In this document: positions 1-8,687 of the stretch, piece after piece
How positions within the stretch are numbered: the stretch's first letter is position 1
Layout of the letters: every line of letters starts with the position of its first letter
Source: a virus
Strand: one strand, 5' to 3'
Length of the DNA: 41,846 bases
Virus record (IMG/VR): IMGVR_UViG_3300045988_092202
Position numbers and translations under genes: made by a program
The notes under the pieces: generated by a model
Databases searched by the model: none
What the model saw: only the letters and a program-made list of their open reading frames with translations
What the model was told of the DNA's origin: nothing

Positions 1-55
1 CCGCTCAGCCTGTAAAACAGGTCTGCCAGCTCCGGGTCGTCGTGCTTGTATTCCA
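1..55. repeat. Terminal overlap copy 1 (identical to 41792-41846). Indicates a circularly closed assembly.
   Basis: Direct comparison of the first 55 nt with the last 55 nt: identical (ccgctcagcctgtaaaacagg...gtattcca). Confidence 0.9.
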
Positions 56-131
56 TGGCCAACTCTGCATAGGTGTGTGCGTCTTCCAGCTCGTCCTCGA
101 TGTGCTCCATCAGCAGTTTGATTTCTTTCAT
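1..131 (-). CDS. N-terminal part of a junction-spanning 102-aa ferritin-like/four-helix-bundle protein. It continues at 41614-41846.
   Basis: ATG at 129-131 preceded by AAGGAGGCATAACCAC. Joining 56-131 to 41614-41846 gives 309 nt in frame: MKEIKLLMEHIEDELEDAHTY...EEMNHMNSLH...GMYKR*. It has two ExxH motifs. Confidence 0.7.
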   Translation of the reverse strand, partial: MKEIKLLMEHIEDELEDAHTYAELAMEYKHDDPELADLFYRLS

Positions 132-135
132 GTGG

Positions 136-468
136 TTATGCCTCCTTGATGTATCTCAAAAGTTTGTCGATCTCTGCCCGGTCAAAGGACAGCTTGCCGA
201 CAAACGGAATGTCAAATTCCAGTGGGTTTCGAATCTGCGGCGCAAAAGCGTTGTAAAGTGCGTCCTCATCGATTTTGCCATCGTCAAAAACGCCTGTTGC
301 CTGAACGGCAGGTATGCCCTCCATTTTTTCAAAAAGTTGGGGTGTCCTTTTTGCGTAGAGGGTAACAACACCGGCAACCACCACGGATTTTGTTTCAGGC
401 ATGTGCGGTAGCACTTCTCGCTCGATATACCGAAGCACACCGTTCACAAATCGCTCTTTAGAAACCAT
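136..468 (-). CDS. Hypothetical protein (110 aa)
   Basis: ORF track 136..480. The better start is ATG 466-468, with GGAGGT 5 nt upstream. No recognisable motif. Confidence 0.6.
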   Translation of the reverse strand: MVSKERFVNGVLRYIEREVLPHMPETKSVVVAGVVTLYAKRTPQLFEKMEGIPAVQATGVFDDGKIDEDALYNAFAPQIRNPLEFDIPFVGKLSFDRAEIDKLLRYIKEA

Positions 469-488
469 AGTTACCTCCAATTACTATA

Positions 489-508
489 GGGGCGGCAATT
501 GCCGCCCC
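489..508 (-). terminator. GC-rich stem-loop (GGGGCGGC-AATT-GCCGCCCC) downstream of the 150-aa gene
   Basis: Perfect 8-bp palindromic stem seen directly. There is only a weak T-rich tail (TATAGTAATT) on the minus strand. Confidence 0.4.
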
Positions 509-515
509 CCTTGGT

Positions 516-968
516 TTAACCAGCAGCGGCAGCAGTGGGAGCCGTCCAGCTGTTCTTAGCGGGCATGGGTTCAGGGCACACATTCCCGATGGGAATAACG
601 GTCTTGGTCAGCCCGGACAGCGTGTTAAGCGCAGATTGCATACAGCTGATGTTTGCGGTGATCTGGGCATTGACAACCGCCTGAGCGGAAATCTGCCCCT
701 CAACACCACGCAGACGACCGTCAAGATACTGGTACATGTCCAGAATCTTCTGGTCGGTGTAGGTGTTGGCATCCCGAAGCTTGATGTCGGCCTTGAGTGC
801 CGCAATCTCAGCGGACTGACCGGCCTCATACCGGTTGACAACATGGTCGCCTTCGGAGCAGCCGTTCACGGCGTTGAAGCCGCCTGCCATGTTCAGCAGG
901 GTAGCAATGCCGCCGATGTAGCCGCCGATACCGCCCACACGGTCAGCAGCAGTGAAATTCAGAGCCAT
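516..968 (-). CDS. Hypothetical protein with a Gly-rich hydrophobic N-terminus and a central coiled coil (150 aa)
   Basis: ATG 966-968 preceded by AAGGAGGAAATGTT. The N-terminus is GGIGGYIGGIATLLNMAGG; a heptad-like middle region follows. Confidence 0.65.
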   Translation of the reverse strand: MALNFTAADRVGGIGGYIGGIATLLNMAGGFNAVNGCSEGDHVVNRYEAGQSAEIAALKADIKLRDANTYTDQKILDMYQYLDGRLRGVEGQISAQAVVNAQITANISCMQSALNTLSGLTKTVIPIGNVCPEPMPAKNSWTAPTAAAAG

Positions 969-1020
969 AACATTTCCTCCTTAAATTTTTTGAAGTGGCC
1001 ACCTTCTACCCATATAGTAA

Positions 1021-1062
1021 CAAAAAACCAGGCGAACGAATCATCATCGTTTCGCCTGGTTT
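1021..1062 (-). terminator. Intrinsic terminator after the lysis/regulator block
   Basis: Minus-sense ACCAGGCGAAACG-loop-CGTTCGCCTGGT followed by TTTTTTG. Confidence 0.65.
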
Positions 1063-1087
1063 TCGTCGGAAAATCGTCAATTTGTCG

Positions 1088-1324
1088 TCAAATAATCAGA
1101 TCGTCCGGGAGTATGGCACTAAACCCCTTGACTGCATCATATTTCCGCTGCAATCGTCGGACGACCCTAGTTATCGTGGCTTGGGACACACTATATTTTT
1201 GTGATTGCCAGTATTGGCAGTGCCCGGCGGCACGGGTGGTTAAAACATCCTTTTCCAGCGGCGTAAGACACGCCAGCCGGTCGAACTCGTCAATGACCAC
1301 CCGATTTAATCCGGGCTTGTCCAC
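1088..1324 (-). CDS. Small sigma-70 region-4-like/HTH regulator (78 aa)
   Basis: Motif LTPLEKDVLTTR...SVSQATITRVVRRLQRKY resembles a region-4 HTH. The start is GTG, and the start position is uncertain. Confidence 0.55.
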   Translation of the reverse strand: MDKPGLNRVVIDEFDRLACLTPLEKDVLTTRAAGHCQYWQSQKYSVSQATITRVVRRLQRKYDAVKGFSAILPDDLII

Positions 1325-1332
1325 CTACCGCA

Positions 1333-1590
1333 TCAATCCTTCCTGGGAGAAATGTAAGTTCTTGCCTGCTTGCTGTCAGACATTCCGGCGGTGGTGGGAT
1401 CGTTGACCACACCCAGGATCACCAGCACACCAAACACGGCGTTGACCACGGCGATCAGTCGGTTGCCGATGTCGCCAACATCAAGGGTGTAGCCGAACAC
1501 GGCGGCCACGGTCTGGATCAGCAGCAGCACGGCGGGAATCACCGCCAGCCAGAAGTTTTTGTTTTTGAATCGTACAGTCCAGTTAATCAT
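1333..1590 (-). CDS. Holin, phi LC3-type (85 aa)
   Basis: MINWTVRFKNKNFWLAVIPAVLLLIQ...VVNDPTTAGMSDS is the classic Phage_holin_1 pattern. ATG 1588-1590 follows AAGGAGGAAAACAAA. Confidence 0.85.
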   Translation of the reverse strand: MINWTVRFKNKNFWLAVIPAVLLLIQTVAAVFGYTLDVGDIGNRLIAVVNAVFGVLVILGVVNDPTTAGMSDSKQARTYISPRKD

Positions 1591-1606
1591 TTTGTTTTCC
1601 TCCTTG

Positions 1607-1954
1607 TTATCGGTTGATAAGATATTTTTCAAGCTCATGCTTGGAGCTTATCATCTCGTCTACATTGTTTCCGTCAATCCCATGCCCCAGCAAGGCAAGG
1701 ATTGCGTGTTTAGTCACTTTGTCGCCCTCTGCAAGGCTGTCAATCGCCTTTTTGTCGTTGGTGAGATATTGCTTCACAAGGATCATATCTCCCTCCAGAG
1801 CGTCAAGGCGGCCATTCTGGGCGGCATCCGGGGCTTTGAGAGCCTTTATAATGCACACCACTTTTTCCCCAGCGTTGGCCAGTAGGATAATGGCGGCAGC
1901 AGTCCAGGCCACGATAGCCCAAATTTGCGGTAGCGTGATGTTTTCCGTGTGCAC
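1607..1954 (-). CDS. Membrane-anchored lysis-cassette protein (N-terminal TM plus helical domain)
   Basis: One hydrophobic helix (IWAIVAWTAAAIILLANAG). It sits between the endolysin and holin genes. The start is uncertain: GTG at 1954 lies directly after a G-run. Confidence 0.6.
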   Translation of the reverse strand: MHTENITLPQIWAIVAWTAAAIILLANAGEKVVCIIKALKAPDAAQNGRLDALEGDMILVKQYLTNDKKAIDSLAEGDKVTKHAILALLGHGIDGNNVDEMISSKHELEKYLINR

Positions 1955-1960
1955 TCCCCC

Positions 1961-2584
1961 CTATTTCGTCCACCGGCTGTATTTGCCGTTGTCGATATGT
2001 ACGCCCCAGCTATAGCGGCCTAGGCCGCCCCGTCCGGGCATTTTCTCCGCCTGTACCTGTTCGGCAATCTCCTGCAACCGGGAAACGGGAATATTGTCGC
2101 CGATGGGCGCAAGGTCAATGGCCTGGCCGGTCAGATGCAGGGAGTTCCACACGCCGCCCACGTTGGGGTCGGCATTGTGCTGCTTGCAGCGCACACCGGA
2201 GTTGACGTTCAGGGGCACACCGGCTCGGCGGCGGATTTCGTCAGCCAGCCGCACGGTTTCCTCGGCCATTTCTGCCGGGAAGCCGTTGCAGTACCTCCCG
2301 CCGCACTGACACCGGAACTCTGCCCGCTGGAAATACTTGATTTCGTCCCAGAACGTCCCCGTCTTGGCGTTTTCCACTTTGGCAGGTGTGTACATTCTCC
2401 CTGCCGCAACTGCCGCCAGCAGGGCGGTCTGGGTCTCCTGACCGGGGTCTCCGTCCGCCGTCAGCCCCTCCGCCGCCTGAAATAGCGTCACGGCCTGCCG
2501 GGTCTGGCTGCCGGTGATCCCGTCCGGTGCACCCACCGGGTAGCCCAGATACAGCAACAGACTTTGGATTTGCATTGTGGTCAT
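1961..2584 (-). CDS. Endolysin: PG_binding_1 domain plus Peptidase_M15-type (zinc D-Ala-D-Ala carboxypeptidase-like) domain
   Basis: N-terminus: LLYLGYPVGAPDGITGSQTRQAVTLFQ (peptidoglycan-binding repeat). C-terminus: SGVRCKQHN...SLHLTGQAIDL...GVHID (H/D/H metal ligands). Confidence 0.9.
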   Translation of the reverse strand: MTTMQIQSLLLYLGYPVGAPDGITGSQTRQAVTLFQAAEGLTADGDPGQETQTALLAAVAAGRMYTPAKVENAKTGTFWDEIKYFQRAEFRCQCGGRYCNGFPAEMAEETVRLADEIRRRAGVPLNVNSGVRCKQHNADPNVGGVWNSLHLTGQAIDLAPIGDNIPVSRLQEIAEQVQAEKMPGRGGLGRYSWGVHIDNGKYSRWTK

Positions 2585-2596
2585 GCGCCCACCCCC

Positions 2597-2749
2597 TTAC
2601 ACATTCAGGGCGGCACGAATGGCCTCCAGGTCGTCCACGGTCAGCCGGGGATAGTCCTCGGCGATTTCTTCGAAACTTTCGCCATTTGCGATCCGGACGC
2701 GGAACGCCCGAACCATAATGCGCAGCTTCAGGGCACTCAGGGTCTTCAT
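2597..2749 (-). CDS. Small protein (50 aa), possibly XkdX-like
   Basis: Not in the ORF track because it is under 60 aa: MKTLSALKLRIMVRAFRVRIANGESFEEIAEDYPRLTVDDLEAIRAALNV*. ATGA overlap with the upstream gene. The position after the fibre genes is typical. Confidence 0.5.
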   Translation of the reverse strand: MKTLSALKLRIMVRAFRVRIANGESFEEIAEDYPRLTVDDLEAIRAALNV

Positions 2750-2907
2750 TTCGTTTCACCTCCAATCAGGTCCGCCATCATCAAAATAATATCGTCCGTG
2801 GTGGTTTCCAGGTTGTCCAGCCGCTCCCCGGTGTTGTCCGGTTTCGGCTCCAGGTCGGCCTGGGTCAGGCCGTTCAGGGCGGCCAGCTTTTTTGCGATAT
2901 CATCCAT
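2746..2907 (-). CDS. Small protein (53 aa) downstream of the tail fibre
   Basis: MDDIAKKLAALNGL...ILMMADLIGGETK. ATGGATGA overlap with the stop of the fibre gene. Confidence 0.5.
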   Translation of the reverse strand: MDDIAKKLAALNGLTQADLEPKPDNTGERLDNLETTTDDIILMMADLIGGETK

Positions 2908-4984
2908 CCGTTCCCACCACCTTTGCAACGTCTACCATGATTTCCGTTTCCGACGGCACGGCCAGCTCAAAGCCGTCATCCAGGGCGGGATAATGCAGGT
3001 TAATTGTGCCGCCCGCCTCCACTCGAAAAATGCCGAAATCATCATCCGGCCACACGGCGGACAAGTCGATAACTTCCGGGGTGGCTAGTTCGTAGTATAG
3101 GGTTTGGCCAGCTATAGCGGCCACAAAATCATCAGTGGTTGTGTATGCCATATCACAAATCTGCAACTGATGGCCATTTGCGCCGATGCCAAAAACGCCA
3201 CGCCACGTCCCACCGCCAACATATGAATATTTTGCGGTTAGCAGATCGGAAGCATCCAGCACCATGGCATTAAAAGACGATTGGAAACGCCAGTTACCAT
3301 TGATAGTATCTTGCTTTCCAAATTTCAACGTCCCCAAATCCACCTGTCCAACCCGGTGATGATACTGCTTTGCCGCAAAATCAATGTAGTTATAGCAATC
3401 TGCCGATACCCCGATGCCATAGTCCGGGCACAAATCCCGGATGGCTTGCGGGATTGGGTAGGTGTTGGTGCTGTCCCCGGCGGCGTTGGCAACCCGCACC
3501 TCGTCCACCGGGGCATCCAGTAGGCTGTCGGTATATGGTTCGTACGCCACTGCGGTTTTGCTTATCATCACATTGGTATACCGTACAGTTCTGGCCACCT
3601 TTGCGCCACTATCGGTAGTGGCGTGGAAGTATAGCCGCATGACGCTCCCGTCCGGTATTGTGACGGTTTTTTTGCCGCTAGCTGTTAATCCACCTAAGGG
3701 CTTGACCGAACCACCGTCGTATGCGTAGATAGCAAGGTTCGGCGTAAAATCTGCATTGCTTGAATCCAAATTGGCTGTTATCACATATGTTCCAGGCCCG
3801 ATATCAGATAGCGTGATGCGCCATGCCTGCCATATTTCGTTAATGACCGGAACGGTAAAAACAATAGCGTTAGAATCCACTGTGGTAGTGATTGCGTTGG
3901 ATGGTGTCGTCAATGGGGTGTATCGTGTGATATCAAGCAGATTCCTACCCGTCCGGCTCATGCCGCCCGCCATACGCAGTGCGGCGTAATCCATAGCCCC
4001 GCTGGGCACGGTTACGCTGCTTCCGGCTCCGGTGACGGTCTCTGTGTCGTAGATGATACCCTTCGATTTTTTCCAAAGGTAATCCAGGCTCCGGGCGGTT
4101 CTGTCCGTCTCGGCCTTCAGGGCGGTGTTTTCGGCCTTTAATTCGGTCACGTCTTGCTGTGCCGCTGCCAGCCCTGCGGTATTGGCCCCGATCTGCTCCC
4201 GGTCTGCCGCTATGCCCTGAGCCGCTTCCTCCGCCTTGGCCTGGGCGGTTTCCGCCCCGGTTTTGGCCTCCACCGCCCCCGTCTGGGCGGTTTTGGCTTC
4301 CCGGGCCGCTTTCTCGGCGGCGGTTTTGGCGGTCTGCGCTTCCGTTTTTGCTGCCTCCGCCCCGGTTTGGGCTTGTTTTGCCCCAGCTTCCGCCGTCTCC
4401 GCCGCAGCGGCATTCTGGGCGGCTGCAAGTGCCGCCGCCTGGGCACTCTGGGCAGACTGTCCTGCCTGCCCGACGATGGCTTCCGCGTTCTTGGCTGCTT
4501 CCGTTGCGGTAGCAGCAGATAGCCCCGCCTGTCCGGCACTGGCCTCCGCACTCCGGGCGGATTCCGTAGCACTTGCCGCCGCATTTTTCGCCGCCTGGGC
4601 ACTCTGGGCCACGGCCTGGGTGTAGGGTTTCAGCGGTTCGTCCGGCTCCGGGCCGGGTTCTGCCATGGATCGGGTGGTATTGGTCTGATAGGTAATAGAT
4701 TTTGCCACAGCACCATTTTCGCCGAGCCACTGCAACTCCGCCTGCCCCCGTCCGGGGAAGGCCGTATCTGACCGAGTTACAATCCAATAGACTTTGTCGC
4801 CATCTTCGGTGACGGGGACAGGGTACGGCTTCTGGTCGTCCGACCGCTGGTGTACCAGATGCACAGTACCTGCCCCACGCCGGATATTTGGCAGGACAAC
4901 CCGCGTAACCAGCCCCTCGACCTGTTTCCCCAAGTCGATGACCCCGGCTCTGGGCACCACATCATAGATCATTGCATCAATCAT
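2900..4984 (-). CDS. Tail fibre / receptor-binding protein with a long Ala-rich coiled coil
   Basis: 694 aa from ATG 4982-4984 (MIDAMIYD); an alternative ATG is at 4972. It has a beta-rich N-domain, roughly 170 aa of A/Q/E/K-rich coiled coil, and a beta-rich C-terminal domain. It lies immediately upstream of the lysis genes. Confidence 0.8.
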   Translation of the reverse strand: MIDAMIYDVVPRAGVIDLGKQVEGLVTRVVLPNIRRGAGTVHLVHQRSDDQKPYPVPVTEDGDKVYWIVTRSDTAFPGRGQAELQWLGENGAVAKSITYQTNTTRSMAEPGPEPDEPLKPYTQAVAQSAQAAKNAAASATESARSAEASAGQAGLSAATATEAAKNAEAIVGQAGQSAQSAQAAALAAAQNAAAAETAEAGAKQAQTGAEAAKTEAQTAKTAAEKAAREAKTAQTGAVEAKTGAETAQAKAEEAAQGIAADREQIGANTAGLAAAQQDVTELKAENTALKAETDRTARSLDYLWKKSKGIIYDTETVTGAGSSVTVPSGAMDYAALRMAGGMSRTGRNLLDITRYTPLTTPSNAITTTVDSNAIVFTVPVINEIWQAWRITLSDIGPGTYVITANLDSSNADFTPNLAIYAYDGGSVKPLGGLTASGKKTVTIPDGSVMRLYFHATTDSGAKVARTVRYTNVMISKTAVAYEPYTDSLLDAPVDEVRVANAAGDSTNTYPIPQAIRDLCPDYGIGVSADCYNYIDFAAKQYHHRVGQVDLGTLKFGKQDTINGNWRFQSSFNAMVLDASDLLTAKYSYVGGGTWRGVFGIGANGHQLQICDMAYTTTDDFVAAIAGQTLYYELATPEVIDLSAVWPDDDFGIFRVEAGGTINLHYPALDDGFELAVPSETEIMVDVAKVVGTDG

Positions 4985-5093
4985 CGCAACCACCATCCAA
5001 TCCCAGCACAATACAAACAATCCAGACGGGCAGCATCAGCACCATGGTCAGGGTCAGCACCACCAGCCACAGCAGATTTGCCAGCGTTTTCAC
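4977..5093 (-). CDS. Candidate hydrophobic micro-protein (38 aa)
   Basis: GTG 5091-5093 lies 7 nt after a G7 run. The product is (M)KTLANLLWLVVLTLTMVLMLPVWIVCIVLGLDGGCDD*. Its stop overlaps the fibre start (GATGATTGA). Confidence 0.35.
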   Translation of the reverse strand: MKTLANLLWLVVLTLTMVLMLPVWIVCIVLGLDGGCDD

Positions 5094-5106
5094 AACAATA
5101 CCCCCC

Positions 5107-6009
5107 CTACAGTACATACAAGCTGTACACGCTAAACGCGCCTTTCGTGCCGATGGCAAATCCAACGTAATGACTTCCGGTCAGGCTGGACACGTCCAGC
5201 TCCAGGGTCTTCCGCCCGGTTGTGTTGGCAATGTGGTCATCATCCAGATACGCGGTCATATTGGCAATGGATTTTGTCACGTCCGCCGCAGAAATGGCCT
5301 TAGATGTAACCAGGTTGATACCGTCGTACTGGGTATAGTCCTTGCTGGCACCAACGGTAGTCACGTCGATGTCGGCCACGATCTTCCGGGCGGCGGTCAA
5401 ATCCAGCGTCTTGCCGGTGGCGATACCGGCGACCAGGCTTTGGGCGTTTTTAATGGCGACATAGCCGGTCTCCTGGGTCTGTGTCACTTTGCGCCCGGAA
5501 ATCAGCGGATTGGTCAGGCCGATGTCGGTCAGTACGCCGTTTTTCACGATCCATCGGCCGACGATCACGGTCTTTGTCTCCCCGGTTGCGTTCAGGGTGA
5601 CAGTCTCGGTCAGGTCTCCCGCCGTGACCGTCCAGGTGCCCGCCTTGTCCACGGTACACGCCCATGTGCCGGAGGTGTCCGGTGCGGTCAGGGTGGTGCT
5701 TCCATTCGTGGCCTTGCACACCGCCCCAGCAGGGTAGGAAATGTGCAAGGTTGCCGTAAAGAAGGTGATATCCGCTTCGTAGTCCGCCTTGATCTCCACG
5801 TTCTTGCTGGCCGTATCCGTGCCGTTGGTAATGGTAATTGTCCATGTGCCGGTAGAAAGCCCCTTGAACACCACAGCACCATCCGAAAACTTAGGAAGCT
5901 TAGATTTTCCGTCCTTGCTCACCGTTACCGTAGTTCCTGCCGGAGCAGTGACTGTCAAAGTAGCTCCATTTCTGCCCTTGAACCCATATAACGGAATCAT
6001 CTCACCCAT
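5107..6009 (-). CDS. Virion/fibre-associated beta-sandwich (Ig-like repeat) protein (300 aa)
   Basis: T/V/G-rich beta-strand repeats (TVTAPAGTTVTVSKDG, GTWTITITNG, GTWTVTAGD). TAATG coupling to the upstream gene. Confidence 0.65.
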   Translation of the reverse strand: MGEMIPLYGFKGRNGATLTVTAPAGTTVTVSKDGKSKLPKFSDGAVVFKGLSTGTWTITITNGTDTASKNVEIKADYEADITFFTATLHISYPAGAVCKATNGSTTLTAPDTSGTWACTVDKAGTWTVTAGDLTETVTLNATGETKTVIVGRWIVKNGVLTDIGLTNPLISGRKVTQTQETGYVAIKNAQSLVAGIATGKTLDLTAARKIVADIDVTTVGASKDYTQYDGINLVTSKAISAADVTKSIANMTAYLDDDHIANTTGRKTLELDVSSLTGSHYVGFAIGTKGAFSVYSLYVL

Positions 6010-6977
6010 TACCGCACCTCCACAGTTGCGTAAATATCCACGTCCGGCTTCTCTTCCAGGCAGGTAAATGTAAGCGTTTGCCTGTCACGCTCCGCATAAC
6101 TGACGCAAGAACAGGCTTCCAGCATGGCAAGCCGCTGCTCATTGGTTCCGGTTGGCTTTGCAATCACAGAGTGCTTTCGCTTATCAGCCAAGCCAAAGAC
6201 AGTCACAGACTGCGTATAGGGTGCGGTGTTGCCCCATCCATTCTTAGAAAGCGTGATATCCACCGAATTTTCTACGTTGAAAAGCTTCTCAATGGTTGCA
6301 TCACTTCCACGAATTCGCACCCGATAAAGCGGAATATCTCGTGTTGCTGCGCCAGAGTTGATATCGTCACGCTTGTATTCCGGATCGTTTGCACCGGAAG
6401 CGGTAATAGACGTTTCTCCGGCCAGCATCACGGCAGAAACAGTGTCCACACCGTCCGAATCCCTCACAACTCTGGCAACAATCAGGTCATTTCGATATGT
6501 GCCCAGTGTTGCGTAGGTTATGCGAAGCGTTTTATCAGCAGACATCTTTACAAGATTCCCCTGCATGATAAATTGTCCTTTTTTTACGACACAATAGGTT
6601 CCGGAGGCAATGGAAGAAATGGTATAAGCAAACGCATTCCCGCCCGGAATTACAAAGTCACCGCAGTTATAGGCGTTTTCCAGCACCGTTCCGATCATTG
6701 CGTTATGGGTGTTCAGCGCAGTGCCGGTTGCCTTGGCGTTTGCCGCTTTGTCCGCTTTCGTGAGCGTGGTATCCAGAATTCCTCTCAGAAGAGCGTCCAC
6801 GTCTACCAGCTCGTCCACGGAAGGAACCAGAACCTCATTGATGTACTGCTTGATTAGTTTTCCCGCCTCGTCAAACTTCGCCTTGAACTGATCCGGTTCC
6901 AGACCGTCATCCGCAAGCGGATAATCCCCCAGTTTGGAAATGATATTCAGGTCAGCACTCAGTTTCTCAATTGCCAT
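6009..6977 (-). CDS. Putative tail fibre/tail-spike-like protein (322 aa)
   Basis: The N-terminal motif LSADLNIISKLGDYPLADDGL...FKAKFDEAGKLIKQYINE recurs in Firmicute phage fibre proteins (from memory). It follows the portal gene. Confidence 0.6.
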   Translation of the reverse strand: MAIEKLSADLNIISKLGDYPLADDGLEPDQFKAKFDEAGKLIKQYINEVLVPSVDELVDVDALLRGILDTTLTKADKAANAKATGTALNTHNAMIGTVLENAYNCGDFVIPGGNAFAYTISSIASGTYCVVKKGQFIMQGNLVKMSADKTLRITYATLGTYRNDLIVARVVRDSDGVDTVSAVMLAGETSITASGANDPEYKRDDINSGAATRDIPLYRVRIRGSDATIEKLFNVENSVDITLSKNGWGNTAPYTQSVTVFGLADKRKHSVIAKPTGTNEQRLAMLEACSCVSYAERDRQTLTFTCLEEKPDVDIYATVEVR

Positions 6978-6980
6978 AGG

Positions 6981-8687
6981 TTACGCCACCCCCTCTCGAT
7001 TTAATGCCCGCTGGACAGAGCCGTTTCCGCTTCCACCGTGAACCGGGATGTCCTCGGAGGTGGTTTCCGTGCTCATCCCTGTGCCCTCGCTCTCTACAGG
7101 TATCGGGTTTGCCCGTGCCGCCCGGAAGTCGTTCAGAAGCTCTTGCTTTTTGGAAATGTATCCGTTGGGAAGCCGCTCCACATACTGCTCAGGGGTAATC
7201 AGACCGTTCATGAGCAGATTGTCAAGGGTCTGCATGGAGGCCATTTCCGACCAGTAAGAAGACGCTCCCACCTCCTGCTCGATGGAAATCTGCATTTCCC
7301 GCAGAGAAGAGAAGTCGAACGGAACCGTGAAATTCTGCTTCGGAAGCTCCATGCCGAGAGGCTGCTCTCCCACATCGTCCATGTCCATTGCCGCTTCCAC
7401 CATACGGGTTCCGTATTTCACCGTCATGATATCAATCCAGATACGACCGGCATCCTCCAGACACTTGTAGTCGTTCTGCTTCGTAAGCTCCATTGGCGTG
7501 TTGGCCGCTCTCTGCAAGGCGATAATGGCAGAAGTGTTATCCGGCCTGGAATCGCCCATAGCCACGTCAGACGCGCCCAGAAGGGAGTGGGTCTTGTCAA
7601 AGGACAGCTCGATAAACTGGGCGATCTGAGGGCTGATTGTTGCACCGTCAATGATTTTTGCAACGTTGTCAACGTTGCCGTTTACGCCGACAGAGGTTCC
7701 CACTCTGCCGTCCCAGTTCTTGATCCGGTTCCGGTCGTAGACGATTTTCGGGAAGGCAGTGGTCAGAAGAGAAATGCCCACCAGCGCAAACATCTTATTG
7801 ATGAACTTCTGATTTGCCAGCAGTCCCGTGACCATGGCCTGTCCGTGGTAACAGTCCCGGATATAGTCCCAGTTCAGCCACACCAGCGGATACAGGGTGT
7901 ACTCCGTGTCGTAGGCATCCCGGATAATGCCCTTTTCCGTGGATTCAATGCACCAGATTGTGCCGGTATCCCGGTTCCGGAAATAATAGGTCAGCACCGT
8001 GACCTTATCGTCCGTGTAGCTGTCATACTTATTCTGGAATTTCTCGGAATCTGCCTGAATCTCGTCCGGGTCTGCAATCTTGCAAAGCCCCTGCTCATGG
8101 TTGGTCTCCACCTTGTAGCGCACATCCTCCACCAGCTCCCGCCGGGAAATGATGACGTAGGGCTGCCGCTGAACATCCCGGCAATTGGGATTTCCGAAAT
8201 GCACCCGCAGATTGTCCACGATCTCAGCGACAATTTCGCCCTTTACGTCCTGGCCGTTCTCAATGGTCGGGTCAAAGTAGAAGTGCATACATCCGTCACC
8301 CGTCACCGCCGCATTTCGCAGGAACTCACGGTTCAGAGCCACAATGCGGTTGCGCTTGATGATCGCCGCAAACTGATTGCTCACAATCTCGCATACCCGC
8401 TCCAAGTCCTTCATGGTTGCCCTGGATGTGGAGGGCATAGGAAGTGCCCGCAGGGTCAGGTTATCAGAGGTGATTGTGGAGACCTGGAAATTGATAACCC
8501 GCTTGAACATATTGTAAGTGGGGGTAGGCAAGCCGTTTGCCTCTACGCCTTCCCACTGATTGCCGATGTAAAAATCCTCGTTGACCTTCACCTGGTCGTA
8601 AAGGCCGATCTGGTTGTTGAATCCATAGCATTTTTCAAAACGCTTTTGGATTTCCTCGTTGGTTGGGATTGCCTGTTTTCTTGCCAT
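6981..8687 (-). CDS. Portal protein (568 aa)
   Basis: The size, the NEDFYIGNQWEG motif near the N-terminus, an acidic C-terminal tail and the position in the head module all fit. Confidence 0.8.
   Translation of the reverse strand: MARKQAIPTNEEIQKRFEKCYGFNNQIGLYDQVKVNEDFYIGNQWEGVEANGLPTPTYNMFKRVINFQVSTITSDNLTLRALPMPSTSRATMKDLERVCEIVSNQFAAIIKRNRIVALNREFLRNAAVTGDGCMHFYFDPTIENGQDVKGEIVAEIVDNLRVHFGNPNCRDVQRQPYVIISRRELVEDVRYKVETNHEQGLCKIADPDEIQADSEKFQNKYDSYTDDKVTVLTYYFRNRDTGTIWCIESTEKGIIRDAYDTEYTLYPLVWLNWDYIRDCYHGQAMVTGLLANQKFINKMFALVGISLLTTAFPKIVYDRNRIKNWDGRVGTSVGVNGNVDNVAKIIDGATISPQIAQFIELSFDKTHSLLGASDVAMGDSRPDNTSAIIALQRAANTPMELTKQNDYKCLEDAGRIWIDIMTVKYGTRMVEAAMDMDDVGEQPLGMELPKQNFTVPFDFSSLREMQISIEQEVGASSYWSEMASMQTLDNLLMNGLITPEQYVERLPNGYISKKQELLNDFRAARANPIPVESEGTGMSTETTSEDIPVHGGSGNGSVQRALNREGVA

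Noticed and set aside
2241-2765. 174-aa ORF overlapping the endolysin and the small downstream gene.
   Set aside because: It is off-frame relative to the endolysin, which has clear PG_binding and M15 motifs, and to the 50-aa coupled ORF at 2597-2749.
3945-4787. Overlapping Arg/Gly/Pro-rich ORFs within the tail-fibre gene (3945..4787, 4154..4625, 4210..4602).
   Set aside because: They are alternative frames of the Ala-rich (GCN-repeat) coiled-coil coding region and carry no independent signals.
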